Below are positions 17,155 to 26,493 of a DNA stretch of 64,000 nt, in pieces (positions within the stretch are counted from its first letter, which is position 1; every line of letters starts with the position of its first letter). This DNA is from a virus. Lineage: Duplodnaviria > Caudoviricetes. Both the position numbers and the translations under genes were made by a program. The notes beneath the pieces were generated by a model. That model ran no database searches, was not told where the DNA came from, and was given only the letters and a program-made list of their open reading frames with translations. Location of the stretch: positions 64,001 to 128,000 of IMG/VR virus record IMGVR_UViG_3300031134_000001; one strand, written 5' to 3'.

Positions 17155-17520
17155 CAAGAGAGGGACTCACACATCCTCGACGCAAATCGCCGGGACCTGG
17201 CCTAGCGGTTTGTTACACTCTGTTTGCGACGGAGTGGTGTGTTGTGCGGCGCTGCCGAGAAACATGGAGGTGTGGCGTAAGGTGACGCGAAGTGGCGGAG
17301 ACGTAAAGCCATTAAGTTGTTGATCTTGCTTTTACCTTTTTGGGCAATTGATCCGATGGATGTGGCGTGTAGTCTTGCCATTAGCATTTCCTTGATATCG
17401 GCAGCGCTGTGCTTTCTTTTGTGGCTAGGTAAGCGCAAAGGGACTTTTTGAAGTTGTGAATCCCCTCTTGAGCGAGGGCGTTTTGGCGATCGGGTACCTT
17501 CGGGTGCTCGATCGTTCTTT
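17155..17520 (+). ncRNA. putative structured RNA or small-peptide mRNA with a 5'-3' closing helix
   Basis: 17155-71 pairs with 17455-70; 17246-58 pairs with 17398-410; hairpin 17216-36; terminator 17488-17520. Confidence 0.55.
17356..17451 (+). CDS. possible 31-aa transmembrane peptide
   Basis: MDVACSLAISISLISAALCFLLWLGKRKGTF: hydrophobic core with a basic tail; no obvious RBS. Confidence 0.35.
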   Translation: MDVACSLAISISLISAALCFLLWLGKRKGTF

Positions 17521-17522
17521 TT
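17488..17522 (+). terminator. intrinsic terminator
   Basis: GATCGGGTACC-TTCG-GGTGCTCGATC followed by GTTCT6. Confidence 0.75.
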
Positions 17523-17597
17523 GCCGCCTGTTTATTTTTTTGGTCATTTTTGATCACCAGTTCTAATGATGTAGTTCGTAGCCATCAGGATGTCAAC

Positions 17598-19742
17598 ATG
17601 TCTCGTAATAGTCCGTTCATTTCCAAACCAGATGAGTATATCCGGGATATCAATCCGGTGAAACACATGGTGCACCAACAAGCAACCCACCTGTCGATCA
17701 TGGGTGGTATCTCGTACGAAGAAGCTTGTGAGTTTGTAAAGCATCAACTCGGACCCCAAGGTGAATTTCCCTTGCAAGATCCGAATGCCATTTTCCTAGA
17801 GCGTGATTTCGACTCAGGTGACCGGGAAGAATCTTCCATTCCCATGTCGAAGTATATCGGCGAGATCTTACAACAAGAACAGATCTACGCCCCCACGTTC
17901 ACGACGTACCACAATCCCAAGGTACGCCTGTCACCGCTGTCGAAGTTCCAAGACGATAACGTCAAGAGCCGCGGTAAAGCCAAGAAGGCAATGTTCGTAG
18001 CAGAACAAGAAGAAGGTAAGTCAAGCTTTAACTATCAGTTCTACAAAGGCTCGCAGACCACAGAGAAGTTGGCTAACAACGCCGTCTCTGGCGCCATGGT
18101 CAGTGAGTACAATCCGCTGCACAACAAGACCGGCCACAGTTCCTTAACGTCTTCGTGTCGTCAGACGTCGGCGTATGGTAACGCCAACAACGAACGGTTC
18201 CTGGCCAGCAACCGCCATTACTGGTCGTATGACACAGCACGCCAGAACATCGTCTCGATCGTCGCCCATACGGACATGGCTGCGGTTGAACGGGTAATGA
18301 CGCAGTACAATCTGCACTACCCAACGCAGGACGAAACATATCAAGTCGTGTGCCGTTCAGCCAAGCTGTACTGGAACTCGGCCAATGCTTACCAGAAGAT
18401 CCGGCAACTGATCGATCGCTTGACACCACTGCAGCGTGCTGCGTTTGTCTACACTGGCGATATGTATCAGCTGAAAGAATTTAACGAACCGTTCGTTCGC
18501 GAATTCATGTCGCGGTTAATCCACAAAGTTGATATTGCGGACCCGACACCAGAAGCCACAATTAAGAAGTGGCCAGAAGACTTCCTGAACTTGGCTAAAC
18601 AGCTGCAGCCTGAAATCACCAAAGGTAAGTCGCTTAACGAGATCATCAAGAACGATCCTCACGGCTATGGACTGGTTGCTGCGCAAGTAGAATACATCGC
18701 GCAGACGCTCTGGTCTTACTCGGACATGATCCGTGTGTTTTGGGCTACAGACAACCTACCTGCTTCGATCGCCATGTTCCCTAGTTCGCTGCGCCGTGTG
18801 GTGCTCGTGTCAGATACGGACTCGACGATCTTTACCACGCAAGACTGGATCATCTGGTATTGCAAACAGGTCAAGTTCGATGCCACGTACGATGCGATTA
18901 CTGCCAGCATGATTTTCTTGGCATCGCAATCGATCGTGCACATTCTGGCCAAGATGTCGGTTAACGTGGGCATTGGTCGCGACCATGCGTTCACGATTGA
19001 GATGAAGAACGAGTATAAGTTCGACGTCTTTGCATTGACGCAGCTGGGCAAGCACTACTATGCTCAGATCAGCTGTCAAGAAGGTAATATCAAGAAACAG
19101 TTGGAGAAAGAGATCAAGGGCGTTCACTTGAAGTCTTCCAACGCGCCGAAACAGATTGTCAAACAAGCCGAACAAATGATGCTCTCCATCATGGACGACA
19201 TCATGACTCGCGGTACGATCAAAGCGCACAAGTATCTGAAAGAGGTCGCTGACCTTGAACGCTCGATTGTTGAATCGATCCGTAAGGGTGAGTTTAAGTT
19301 CCTGAAGCTAAGCACCGTTAAGGATGCTGCGGCTTACAAGAATGGTGCTGAGACGTCCACGTACAAGCAGTACGGCATGTGGAACGGTGTGTTCGGTAAC
19401 AAGTACGGTCCGATCGCTCCGCCGCCTTACAAGGCCATCTACATCAGCTTGGGGCTCGATAGCAAAACCAAGACCAACAACTGGTTAGAACAAATGCCTG
19501 ACCAAGATGTCGCTGGTAACATGCGTCGCTGGTTGGGAGAAAACGCCCGTGACAAGATTCCTTCCTTGCAGTTACCGCTTGTGATCGTATCGTCCAAAGG
19601 TATTCCGGACGAAATCATGGCAGCAATCGATGTACGCAAGATTGTGCAGAAAGCCTCTGCAATGTTTTACCTTATCTTAGAAACACTCGGCTTTTACTTC
19701 AATCACGATGACTTGAGCCAATTGGCCATGGACTACTACTGA
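17598..19742 (+). CDS. family-B DNA polymerase, polymerase-domain subunit (phiKZ gp50-like)
   Basis: KLANNAVSG (region III KxxxN) and VSDTDSTIF (region I DTDS). ATG 17598 preferred over the track TTG at 17550. Confidence 0.85.
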   Translation: MSRNSPFISKPDEYIRDINPVKHMVHQQATHLSIMGGISYEEACEFVKHQLGPQGEFPLQDPNAIFLERDFDSGDREESSIPMSKYIGEILQQEQIYAPTFTTYHNPKVRLSPLSKFQDDNVKSRGKAKKAMFVAEQEEGKSSFNYQFYKGSQTTEKLANNAVSGAMVSEYNPLHNKTGHSSLTSSCRQTSAYGNANNERFLASNRHYWSYDTARQNIVSIVAHTDMAAVERVMTQYNLHYPTQDETYQVVCRSAKLYWNSANAYQKIRQLIDRLTPLQRAAFVYTGDMYQLKEFNEPFVREFMSRLIHKVDIADPTPEATIKKWPEDFLNLAKQLQPEITKGKSLNEIIKNDPHGYGLVAAQVEYIAQTLWSYSDMIRVFWATDNLPASIAMFPSSLRRVVLVSDTDSTIFTTQDWIIWYCKQVKFDATYDAITASMIFLASQSIVHILAKMSVNVGIGRDHAFTIEMKNEYKFDVFALTQLGKHYYAQISCQEGNIKKQLEKEIKGVHLKSSNAPKQIVKQAEQMMLSIMDDIMTRGTIKAHKYLKEVADLERSIVESIRKGEFKFLKLSTVKDAAAYKNGAETSTYKQYGMWNGVFGNKYGPIAPPPYKAIYISLGLDSKTKTNNWLEQMPDQDVAGNMRRWLGENARDKIPSLQLPLVIVSSKGIPDEIMAAIDVRKIVQKASAMFYLILETLGFYFNHDDLSQLAMDYY

Positions 19743-19787
19743 CGGCATACTCCCTCTCCCGCGCAAGCAGGAGAGGGAGATGTCATC
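19742..19787. terminator. bidirectional terminator
   Basis: ACGGCATA-CTCCCTCTCC...GGAGAGGGAG-ATGTCAT between convergent genes. Confidence 0.7.
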
Positions 19788-19796
19788 GTGAGATGA

Positions 19797-21080
19797 TTAC
19801 GCTTTTTGGAAGTTGTTCGTTGCCATTTCGTAGAACGACAAGAAGAACTTGTTGTGACGCGCAGCGGCGCCAAACAGCTTGGCCGTTGGCTGGGTCGACC
19901 AGTTGGCGTAAGCCGAGCACAGACCCATCAGTTGCTTGCCGAAGGCGATGCCGTCCTTGTTGTCTTCCTTGATACGGCCGAGCATGCCGTCGCAGGCTTT
20001 CTGGATTTTCTCCATCTGCGCTTCCAGCGCCTTGAGCTGATCGTTCTTGAAGGCCAGCAGCTGCTCGATAAACACCAGACGCTCTTTGACGTATTGGAGC
20101 AGCATTTCAGGCGTGGTATCGTTCTTCATGACGCGACCTTTGCTGGTGGCGAAGTCGGTCTTTTGATCGACATCGAAACGCACCTTCGACAGACCAGCGA
20201 CCTTGGTTTCGACGTTGTTGGTTGCCAGCGCCCAGTTTGCACTATAGTGCTTGGCCGTGACGGTCATGTTACCCAGCGTGTCGGTTTTCCAGAAGTCGCC
20301 GTTCTTCGGTTCGAGTTTCAGGCGCTTCATGTAGCTGTTGAACGTGGTACCCAGTTTGTCGATGACGCTGGTTACGTCAGCCATTTCCACGCCGTCATAG
20401 GTCGTGAATACGCGTTCCAGGTCACTACCGATTGGACCCATCAGTTCGTGCTGGGCTTTGGATGCTTCGATGACGTAGGTGCAGAACTCTTCAGCATCGC
20501 GACCAGCTTTGTTGAAGAAGTCGACCCACGACGAACCGCCGTAGTTGAAGATGTCGGTGATCACGCTGGTCATTTCAGCGCCGCTGTTGGCGGTGTAGCC
20601 CTTCATGCCTTCCAGGCGAGTGACCAGGTCTTGGGCGTGCTTCTTGTTTTGTTCCAGGGTCGAGAAGTACGTGGTGAACCAGTGCTTGATGCCGACCCAC
20701 ATGTTCTTGATCGCGGTGATGATGGCATTCCAGAGCGACTTCAAGGCGCTGGCGATCCCTTCGACGCTGATCGTATCGTCCTCGCCAGTAGGCATCGAGA
20801 TGACATCTTCAGCGGATTCGTCGGTACCAGCGACAGCCATCTCGCCCACAGCGTTAACGAGTTCTTGTTCGACTTGGCCGACTTCAGGCGTTTCATCGAC
20901 GACCAGCATGGTGTCGTTGGCCACGTCAGCCACTTCAGCGACACGGTCCAGATCAGCAGCAGCAGCGTCAGCGGCAATACCAGCTTCGCTAACTGAGTCG
21001 ATCAGAATCGCATCTTCTTCGACGGACAGGGTTGGGGACGATACGGCTGGAGCTGGCCGCGCTTTCAGATGACGTTGCAT
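19797..21080 (-). CDS. internal head protein, phiKZ gp93-like paralog family (427 aa)
   Basis: Acidic propeptide, EMAVAGTD motif shared with the 62775 gene, SVE|G cleavage-like site followed by an amphipathic helix. Confidence 0.7.
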   Translation of the reverse strand: MQRHLKARPAPAVSSPTLSVEEDAILIDSVSEAGIAADAAAADLDRVAEVADVANDTMLVVDETPEVGQVEQELVNAVGEMAVAGTDESAEDVISMPTGEDDTISVEGIASALKSLWNAIITAIKNMWVGIKHWFTTYFSTLEQNKKHAQDLVTRLEGMKGYTANSGAEMTSVITDIFNYGGSSWVDFFNKAGRDAEEFCTYVIEASKAQHELMGPIGSDLERVFTTYDGVEMADVTSVIDKLGTTFNSYMKRLKLEPKNGDFWKTDTLGNMTVTAKHYSANWALATNNVETKVAGLSKVRFDVDQKTDFATSKGRVMKNDTTPEMLLQYVKERLVFIEQLLAFKNDQLKALEAQMEKIQKACDGMLGRIKEDNKDGIAFGKQLMGLCSAYANWSTQPTAKLFGAAARHNKFFLSFYEMATNNFQKA

Positions 21081-21105
21081 TTTTAAACCTTTTGTTTAAG
21101 AGAAG

Positions 21106-22209
21106 TTACAATGAAATCAAGATCTCATCGATCATATCCATTGCGGATTGGTACAGTTCTTTGGGGAGCGCTGAATCTAATACACGTTGCGACTTTAACC
21201 GCTTCAAGGTAACGGCGATATCCGCCAACCCTGTTTGGTCTTGCACACGTTCGATCTTCTTGGCCAGACGAATCAAAAACAACAACATCGGTAACCGCGC
21301 TAAGATTACAGACCATAGAATTTGACGTGTTGGTACAACGTCTGGTACAAACATCACCGAGCGCATGTCTTTGTGTGATGCCGAAGGAATCGCGGCCAAC
21401 AACGCCGGGACTGGGTAGTGCACTTTATCGAGCATACCGAGCAGCCGTTTGTAGACAACGTCCACTTGCGGGTGATGGCTAGGTGTATGCAATGCTTCAC
21501 GGGTAGGCGTGTTGTCGACCGGAGCATCACGATCTAACGCATCGATTCGATTGAACAACGCATAATCGAGATAACTCTCTAGCATGTTGGGCAGCACGTA
21601 CATGTGCACGAACTGCTGGACGTTGCGCTGCGTGTAGTCTGGATTGGCGTTTTGTTTACGCTGCTCGGCATAACGAAATGCGCGGTACTGCACGGCGAGT
21701 AAACTCACGTTCACAGCCACTACAGCCAAACCCACTTCACGACTCATGTAGCGCCCGTTGGGCACCTGCAAATTGAGATTGGTGAAAGGATGGCGTAGCA
21801 CACGCACTGGTGTCGCGTCTTGCCACTGCGCTTCGACTTTGTCTATGTTAAAGCTCTCATCGAAACCGATGATCACTTCTTGCACGCTCTTACTAAAGAA
21901 CACACCACGGAACAACTTGCCTGCGCCAAACGGTGTAGTTAGTTGAAACGCATTGGCCGTTTGCAAAGCACTGATACTTACGTTACTGTAATACCGATCG
22001 CTGTTTAAGCTAAGCGGTATGTTGATGGACTGGAGAAGCTGCACAAGCAGGTGGTCTGGTGCAACGCTGTAACTCGCGTGCCGGTAATGCGATAACATGG
22101 CAACCAGGTTTCTCTTGAGTCCATCTTGTACGGTCTTCCATTCCGGAAGCTTTACGACACCGTACTCTTTCTTAGGGTCGACGTCAATGAGGCTATACAT
22201 GGATGGCAT
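21106..22209 (-). CDS. conserved phiKZ gp52-like protein (367 aa)
   Basis: Divergent from chimallin and adjacent to the DNA polymerase, as in the chimallivirus core block (synteny). Confidence 0.65.
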   Translation of the reverse strand: MPSMYSLIDVDPKKEYGVVKLPEWKTVQDGLKRNLVAMLSHYRHASYSVAPDHLLVQLLQSINIPLSLNSDRYYSNVSISALQTANAFQLTTPFGAGKLFRGVFFSKSVQEVIIGFDESFNIDKVEAQWQDATPVRVLRHPFTNLNLQVPNGRYMSREVGLAVVAVNVSLLAVQYRAFRYAEQRKQNANPDYTQRNVQQFVHMYVLPNMLESYLDYALFNRIDALDRDAPVDNTPTREALHTPSHHPQVDVVYKRLLGMLDKVHYPVPALLAAIPSASHKDMRSVMFVPDVVPTRQILWSVILARLPMLLFLIRLAKKIERVQDQTGLADIAVTLKRLKSQRVLDSALPKELYQSAMDMIDEILISL

Positions 22210-22454
22210 TCACCACAGAAGAGGGAGGAAGGGGATGACATACGATTGCATTCACCTAGTACCAAGTTAGAAAAATACCCGCACTAAGTATCTGTTGAAC
22301 CATTAAGTCGTGATGAGAAAAGCATAAAGGAAAGCACATGAACAAGTAAAAAAATATGTTCTCACCCCCATGGTATAGTGAAAGCGAAAAAGCTTTGCAC
22401 ATTGATTGTGATATGCTCTGTCTTCGGCATTACATGCCATTAAGTAAAACGATC

Positions 22455-22487
22455 TGGCGCTAAATCATTTTAGCACTATATCACTAA
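22455..22487 (+). promoter_or_regulatory. phage early promoter for chimallin
   Basis: TGGCGCTAAATCATTTTAGCACTATATCACTAA; same 21-nt spacing of TGGCGCTA to CTATAT as at 1555. Confidence 0.7.
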
Positions 22488-22572
22488 ATTGATCTAACTA
22501 GCGATAGTGATGATCAACAGTTTGTTTGCGCAAACAAATTAAACACATCTTTACCACAAAAAGGAAAACAGT

Positions 22573-24594
22573 ATGAAGACCGGTAGCCAAAATACTCCGA
22601 ACGCAAACAGCGCTCAAGGCTCCACGCAAATGGGTGAAGCATTCGCTCAAGCGGCCCCGCAACAAAACCAAGCCAACTACCAGACCCAGCCACCAGCAGC
22701 AGCACCAGTCGGCGGCGCACCACGTGCCGGCGGCATCAGCGCACTGTTCAGCCGTGGTCGTATCGGCGGCACGCCACAAAACGGCGGCCGTGATGTCGCG
22801 GAACTGACCAAGAAGCTCCAGGACTACTACGACAGCCAGAAGACCACCGAACTGAACGGCGTGAACATCCGCATCGTGCCGGCCACCCGTGGCTCGATCA
22901 TCGGCGCCGCTGACAACCTCAGCAACGCCATCGGCCTGATCATGTTCGTCGTCGAAGGTTCGGACAACCGTGCAGCATTCCACACGCTGCTGATCGCTTC
23001 GGACATGTCGCCATCGGCGCCTACCCGTACCAACGACATGTACCAGTTCGCGCAAGAACAGGTCGTCGCACCACGCACCACCGCCACCCTGGCCGATGAT
23101 GCGCTGAACAAAGTCGTGCATCTGCGCGTCGGTCAGCTGATGCCACAAGCAAAGCTGTTCTCGGCCGACTGGTCGACGGTGCCAACCAACTTCAAGATCA
23201 ACGATCCGGTCGCTATCGCAACGCTGTTCCTGAACGCGCTGCGCGCATGCTGGACCGAACTGGAAGTCAAGACCCCTGGCTTCAAGTACGACAGCCTGTC
23301 GATGGTCGCCGGCGACGGCATCCTGGTCAACTCGGTGCACTTCAACCAAGACCAGGTCAACCCACCAGTCGAAGCATTCGATCCAGCCGGCCTGCCGATT
23401 CGCGGCGAAGTCGTTGCAGCGTTCCGTTCGGAACAACCGCGTATCGTCAACCAGCGTGACCAGACCGAAAACACGGCCGGCATCATGGACCTGGGCACCA
23501 CCCTGGCCTCGATCAGCCTGAACATCGATCCGGTGCCAGCGCGTGCCAACCGCTACATGCCGCAACAAGCGCAAGCTGATGCGACGCAGGAATACAGCGC
23601 TGAAGTGACCATCACCGGTTTCGACATGCGTCTGCCGCCAGACCTGGGCAACGTGCTGCTGCAACTGTCGACCATCCTGGCTGTGCTGAACTCGCAAGAA
23701 CGTCCATGGCTGCGCAACTTCCTGCCACGCCACCTGCAAATGAACGGCGCGAGCCCAACCCGCAACGACAACTTCCGTCCGCGCGACCTGGGCGCCCTGA
23801 ACTACGACTACGGCCTGAAAACCCAACGTCCAGATGGTTCGGGTGTCATGGAAGTTCTGCCATTCCCAACGGCGAACCAGAACGACTTCGGCATCGACAA
23901 CTACTACCTGCTGGTCAACGCCATCATCCAGTCGGCACCAGCGCTGTCGATCGACTGCCCGCTGGCCGGCGCCGAGACCTGGTATCTGCGCATCTTCGCT
24001 GAAGCTAGCGATGTGCCAGAAGCGTTCAACGCCATCGTCAACGCAATGGATTCCATCACGGACAACCGCTTCAGCCAGATCTTCTTCGCGGCCAATTCGA
24101 GCCGTCAGATCGTCCTGAACCGCGCCGAGCGTATCCTGAACGGTTACTTCACCGATTCGGACGGTCGCATTCACGACCTGCGCGTTGCGCAAGACCTGCT
24201 GTACCTGATGAACGCCAAAGGCCACGAAGACCCAGAAATCGGTCGTAAGTACGCCGCAACGTTCAACGGCAGCAGCGATGCACAACTGGCGGCCCGTGCC
24301 AAGCTGATCGAATCGGCTGTGCACAACGTGACCTACACCGGTATCTCGATCCACAAGACCTTCCACCCAGACTTCCTGCGTGCGATGGACGAATCGATCA
24401 CTGCTACCGGCCTGCGTCCACGTATCGACATCGCCCAGCAAGACAACCGCATGCAAATGCGTACGCCATACGGCCTGGCGTCGGCCGGCGCCCTGAACAC
24501 GGGCTTCGTTTCGACGATGTTCCAACAGGGTCCAGCCTACGGCAACAACGCTGCGTCGGGTTACCGCGGCATGGCGCACACGCGCACGTACTAA
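22573..24594 (+). CDS. chmA: chimallin, major nuclear shell protein (phiKZ gp54-like, 673 aa)
   Basis: Size; position between the gp52-like gene and nvRNAP beta'; own promoter and terminator; extreme codon bias; disordered Q/P-rich N-terminus. Assigned mainly by synteny. Confidence 0.8.
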   Translation: MKTGSQNTPNANSAQGSTQMGEAFAQAAPQQNQANYQTQPPAAAPVGGAPRAGGISALFSRGRIGGTPQNGGRDVAELTKKLQDYYDSQKTTELNGVNIRIVPATRGSIIGAADNLSNAIGLIMFVVEGSDNRAAFHTLLIASDMSPSAPTRTNDMYQFAQEQVVAPRTTATLADDALNKVVHLRVGQLMPQAKLFSADWSTVPTNFKINDPVAIATLFLNALRACWTELEVKTPGFKYDSLSMVAGDGILVNSVHFNQDQVNPPVEAFDPAGLPIRGEVVAAFRSEQPRIVNQRDQTENTAGIMDLGTTLASISLNIDPVPARANRYMPQQAQADATQEYSAEVTITGFDMRLPPDLGNVLLQLSTILAVLNSQERPWLRNFLPRHLQMNGASPTRNDNFRPRDLGALNYDYGLKTQRPDGSGVMEVLPFPTANQNDFGIDNYYLLVNAIIQSAPALSIDCPLAGAETWYLRIFAEASDVPEAFNAIVNAMDSITDNRFSQIFFAANSSRQIVLNRAERILNGYFTDSDGRIHDLRVAQDLLYLMNAKGHEDPEIGRKYAATFNGSSDAQLAARAKLIESAVHNVTYTGISIHKTFHPDFLRAMDESITATGLRPRIDIAQQDNRMQMRTPYGLASAGALNTGFVSTMFQQGPAYGNNAASGYRGMAHTRTY

Positions 24595-24618
24595 TCTGGT
24601 CGTGACTCGTTAAGAGAG

Positions 24619-24652
24619 AAAGTGGAGCCCCGCAAGGGCTTCACTTTTTTTT
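24619..24652 (+). terminator. intrinsic terminator after chimallin
   Basis: AAAGTGGAGCCC-CGCAA-GGGCTTCACTTT followed by a T-tract. Confidence 0.85.
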
Positions 24653-24710
24653 CTTTACTACGAGAAGAAAAGTAGCAGTAGTTTATTGTTCCCTTCCAGA
24701 GGAGTGTATC

Positions 24711-26285
24711 ATCGGTACTTATCTGCGACTTGTAAGTCACGACGACTTGTGGAAATCACAGTCGCGCACTGATCCGATTATCATCAACGAGTTTCAGGAG
24801 TGTTCTGATACCGCGATCAAGGCGTTTAAAGAGAAGATCTTTACTCGCTACCAACCTAACGATGTTCTGACCAATACGCCACGTTGTGAATGCAACCAAA
24901 CGAAAGGGAAGAAGTACTTAGGCGTTGTATGTGATAACTGTAACAAACCCGTATTGAACATCCGGGAGCAAAAGCTGGAATCGTTGGTGTGGCTCAAGCA
25001 GCCTGCCGGCGTGGAGCGGTTGATCAACCCGACGACGTGGACGATTCTGTCGAACCATTTCAAGAAGGGACGGTTCAACGTTATCCATTACTTAACTGAC
25101 ACCAAGTACCCGGTGCCGGATAAGCCCCCGAAGATCTTCGCCCAGGTACAAGCGCTGAACATTACTCGTGGCTACAACTACTTTGTCAGGAACTTCTTTG
25201 ACACGGTGGATGCTTCAGGTAACGTCATTGGGCCAGGCATCATCGCGAAGCTGCTGACCATCAGCGACTTCCGCAAGAAAAAGCAAGACAACCAACACGA
25301 GGTCCATCACATTCTCCGGTTCTTGGAAATGAATCGTGATAAGATCTTTTCAACACGGTTGGCACTACCGAACAAAACATTGCTGGTCGTTGAAGATACC
25401 GACATGGCTGTGTACGTGGATTCGAATGTACCGATTGCGATCGACGCGATCGAGTCGTTGATCGGGCTGGATGATCCGCTGAATAACTACACGCCGGCAA
25501 TGCGTCAGAACCGCGTGATTCGTGCTATTGCGAATCTGGCGACGTACTACCAAGAGTTCAACAAGAAGTCGTTCTCCTCCAAGGAAGGCATTTCGCGTAA
25601 GCACTTGGCCGCAACACGCTGCGACTGGTCGTTCCGGGCCGTCATCAGTTCGCTCACCGCTGACCACCACTTGCAGGAAATGCATCTGCCGTGGGGATTG
25701 GGCATTGGCTTGCTACGTCTGCACCTGGCGCGTAAGCTCAAAGACCGTGGATGGTTGCCCAATGAAATCTGGCGCTTCTTAAGCCGGTACGCAACGGAGT
25801 ACAATCCGTTGATTGATGAGCTGTTTAAAGAACTCATCGCAGAATCCACCCATCAGCTGCAAGGCCCGATGGGCATCGACCGTACGACCGGTTTGCGCAA
25901 GACAGGTCTGCCAAGCATCTTCCAACGCAATCCATCGCTTGGCTTGGGCTCGATGCAGTTGTTCTACATCACCCGTATCAAACCTGATCCGCAAGATCAG
26001 ACGATCAGCTTCTCCATCCTGACCGTACGCGGCTTTAACGCCGACTACGACGGAGATGAGATGAACGGCACGTTGTTGATCGACGATTACATGGCAGGCC
26101 GTTTCGAAGCCATGGCGCCGTACCGCAGTGCAATGAGTACGTCTACGCCGCGTCAGCTCTCGGGGAACTTCTCGAAGACCAAACCGTGGTTGTCTACCGC
26201 AGCAAACTTCATCGAAGCGGCACCAAATATTCCGCCCGATCCAGAAGTCATGAAGCGGATGATGACTATCCCAGAAGCGGCGTAA
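24711..26285 (+). CDS. non-virion RNA polymerase beta' N-terminal subunit (phiKZ gp55-like), probable ATC start
   Basis: Zn finger CEC...CDNC, RAVISS, FQRNPSL, catalytic NADYDGD. GAGGAG precedes in-frame ATC at 24711; first canonical start is TTG 24747. Confidence 0.9.
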   Translation: MGTYLRLVSHDDLWKSQSRTDPIIINEFQECSDTAIKAFKEKIFTRYQPNDVLTNTPRCECNQTKGKKYLGVVCDNCNKPVLNIREQKLESLVWLKQPAGVERLINPTTWTILSNHFKKGRFNVIHYLTDTKYPVPDKPPKIFAQVQALNITRGYNYFVRNFFDTVDASGNVIGPGIIAKLLTISDFRKKKQDNQHEVHHILRFLEMNRDKIFSTRLALPNKTLLVVEDTDMAVYVDSNVPIAIDAIESLIGLDDPLNNYTPAMRQNRVIRAIANLATYYQEFNKKSFSSKEGISRKHLAATRCDWSFRAVISSLTADHHLQEMHLPWGLGIGLLRLHLARKLKDRGWLPNEIWRFLSRYATEYNPLIDELFKELIAESTHQLQGPMGIDRTTGLRKTGLPSIFQRNPSLGLGSMQLFYITRIKPDPQDQTISFSILTVRGFNADYDGDEMNGTLLIDDYMAGRFEAMAPYRSAMSTSTPRQLSGNFSKTKPWLSTAANFIEAAPNIPPDPEVMKRMMTIPEAA

Positions 26286-26313
26286 TCAATAACCAACAAA
26301 AAGGAGCAACACT

Positions 26314-26493
26314 ATGTCAACACAGGCATTTGATTTTGCCTACGATCCAGCCGATGAAGCCATCGCGGCAGATCTGCGTGAGTTGCATCAATGGCCCATC
26401 CCAGTTCCGGGTTACAAGTTTACCGATGAACATGGCGGCAACGGAGTGATCTGTGAAATTCACGAATCGGACGCTGAATCGAAGGAGCAGTAA
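26314..26493 (+). CDS. small acidic hypothetical protein (59 aa, not in track)
   Basis: AAGGAG RBS; MSTQAFDFAYDPADE...SKEQ; TAATG coupling to the next gene. Confidence 0.75.
   Translation: MSTQAFDFAYDPADEAIAADLRELHQWPIPVPGYKFTDEHGGNGVICEIHESDAESKEQ

Noticed and set aside
17155-17470. tmRNA interpretation of the ~320-nt structured region
   Set aside because: The size, closing stem and a TCGAC near the 5' end are suggestive, but there is no T-arm (GGTTCRA), no 3' CCA and no tag ending in AA.
22498-24579. 693-aa antisense ORF opposite chimallin, and similar long shadows at 8622-9713, 11209-12435, 19806-20996, 34589-35995, 36954-38312, 43534-44994, 61229-62599 and 62757-63944
   Set aside because: They mirror real genes whose codon bias avoids TTA, CTA and TCA and so removes antisense stops. 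They have no RBS and no protein-like motifs.
25990-26070. NADYDGD instead of NADFDGD in the RNAP active site
   Set aside because: All three catalytic Asp residues are intact and F to Y is conservative, so this is not evidence of altered function.
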